Positions 62,814-64,000 of a stretch of 64,000 nt of DNA are shown one piece after another. The translations under genes and the position numbers were made by a program. The notes beneath the pieces are model-generated. The model ran no database searches. It was given only the letters and a program-made list of their open reading frames with translations, and was not told the DNA's origin. How positions within the stretch are numbered: the first letter of the stretch is position 1; each line of letters starts with the position of its first letter. Source of the stretch: Phallusia mammillata (taxonomy: Eukaryota); NCBI GenBank assembly GCA_965637545.1, contig OZ281495.1, forward strand, positions 26,846,001-26,910,000, given 5' to 3'.

Positions 62814-63487
62814 TTACAATGACGTCATAATTGCCATTGTCACGATTAGAATTGTGGAAAACATTCCAGTGGCTCTCTGCTTCGGTTGTGCACTGGAGGT
62901 AGTAGGCGGTGAGATTGTTGAAAAACCTACAAAATATGTCAAAGTAAGTTCTGAAATCCGTTGGTTTGTTGTTTTGTTTTTAAGAAGTAAAATATAAACT
63001 GATTATTTTTGCATAAAAGACTTAATTTTACCTGTTTGAAGGTACAGAGTGTTGTCAACAAGGCTGAACGGCCCGTGGGTGTGTTTTCTGACGGTATGTC
63101 GCACAATATTACCACCGGAATTCACTTCTCCTTCGGCGTAGAGAAGGTTAAACGCATCACTTGTCAAATTCCAGGTCCTCGATATACCGCCGATCACCTT
63201 GGTAACACTAAGTGGGCGCAAAAAGGCACACGCAAAAGTACCGTTGGTGAGGTCAGCGCCAACTATTAGCTTCGAATCAACCTGCACGAAAGAAAAATGA
63301 CACGGTTTTTACTACACAAATTCACTATAGTGAAATACGCTATTCAGTTTCGATTTTAAACATTTATTGAATAACTTACAGGGCCAACAATAGTGGGAGC
63401 CTCTCTGGTTGTCAAGTACGCGGATTGAATCAAAATGTTCGATGAAGTCGGACTTTCCAGTGAGCAGATGTAGCAGTCGTCATTACT
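62814..63487 (-). CDS. DOMON-domain GPI-anchored protein 2, last three exons (5' part beyond the window)
   Basis: Exons 63487-63380 (SNDDCYIC), 63281-63032 (250 nt, same length as the paralog; FACAFLR, NLLYAEGEV, RH, FSLVDNT), 62926-62814 (S/T spacer, hydrophobic tail, TAA). Confidence 0.85.
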
Positions 63488-64000
63488 CTGTTCAGGCAAA
63501 AGTTTTCACTGTCAACTTCCAGTTGAAACAATTTTATCTAGTTTGGGTAGTAACACCTGCAGTGGCCGCTATATAGAATTGCACTCTTTCAGACATTCAA
63601 AGGTTAACTTAAATTTAAACATTTTTAGGCCCATCAAACACACGTAGGCTACTTTGTGTGTCAACGGTCCATCGTTATAAGTTGGGACGGGCTCTTGGGG
63701 GTCACGTCCGGGCTGTGCCTGGGGTTAAGTTTTACGAAAAAGGTTATGATGCGGGCTTGCCCTCAAACCTGGCTTTATTTTGGCATCAGTTTTACCAACT
63801 TCACGGCCTTATTGTAGCTTCTTTTTCAAGCTGCTTCAGTTGGGGTTAGACCCCCGAATTCAGGCCGGCTTGTAACTCTCTAGCAGCCCATATAATACAA
63901 TTTCACTGTCAACCCACCATGTCTTCGTCCACGGATATGGCCATGGCTACGTAACCACTCCCCTTCCCGATTATGAGGAATCGCATCTTCTCGACTCCTT

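Overview
AT-rich, intron-containing animal genomic DNA. The short GT-AG introns, hAT MITEs, tRNA-SINEs and splice acceptors just before many start codons suggest an invertebrate chordate such as an ascidian, but that is inference. Spliced gene models were built by hand and every exon phase was checked. Genes found: two divergently oriented paralogous class A GPCRs; a class II aldolase/adducin-head protein; a cluster of SdsA1/BDS1-type alkyl sulfatases (metallo-beta-lactamase fold) with four intact 5-exon genes, one pseudogenised orphan last exon and one duplicated first exon with a dead splice donor; a GT10 alpha-1,3-fucosyltransferase; and two tandem GPI-anchored DOMON genes, the second running off the window. 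Non-coding highlights: a fully canonical type I hammerhead ribozyme inside a short TSD-flanked insertion (24644-24695); several Penelope-type minimal hammerhead motifs, including a 60-bp palindromic pair and a TSD-flanked element; many hAT MITEs with 8-bp TSDs, mostly nnnTAnnn; a duplication with an internal inversion upstream of the fucosyltransferase; a recent microhomology-joined complex duplication; and evidence of gene conversion between two sulfatase paralogs. No rRNA, CRISPR array or bona fide tRNA gene was found.
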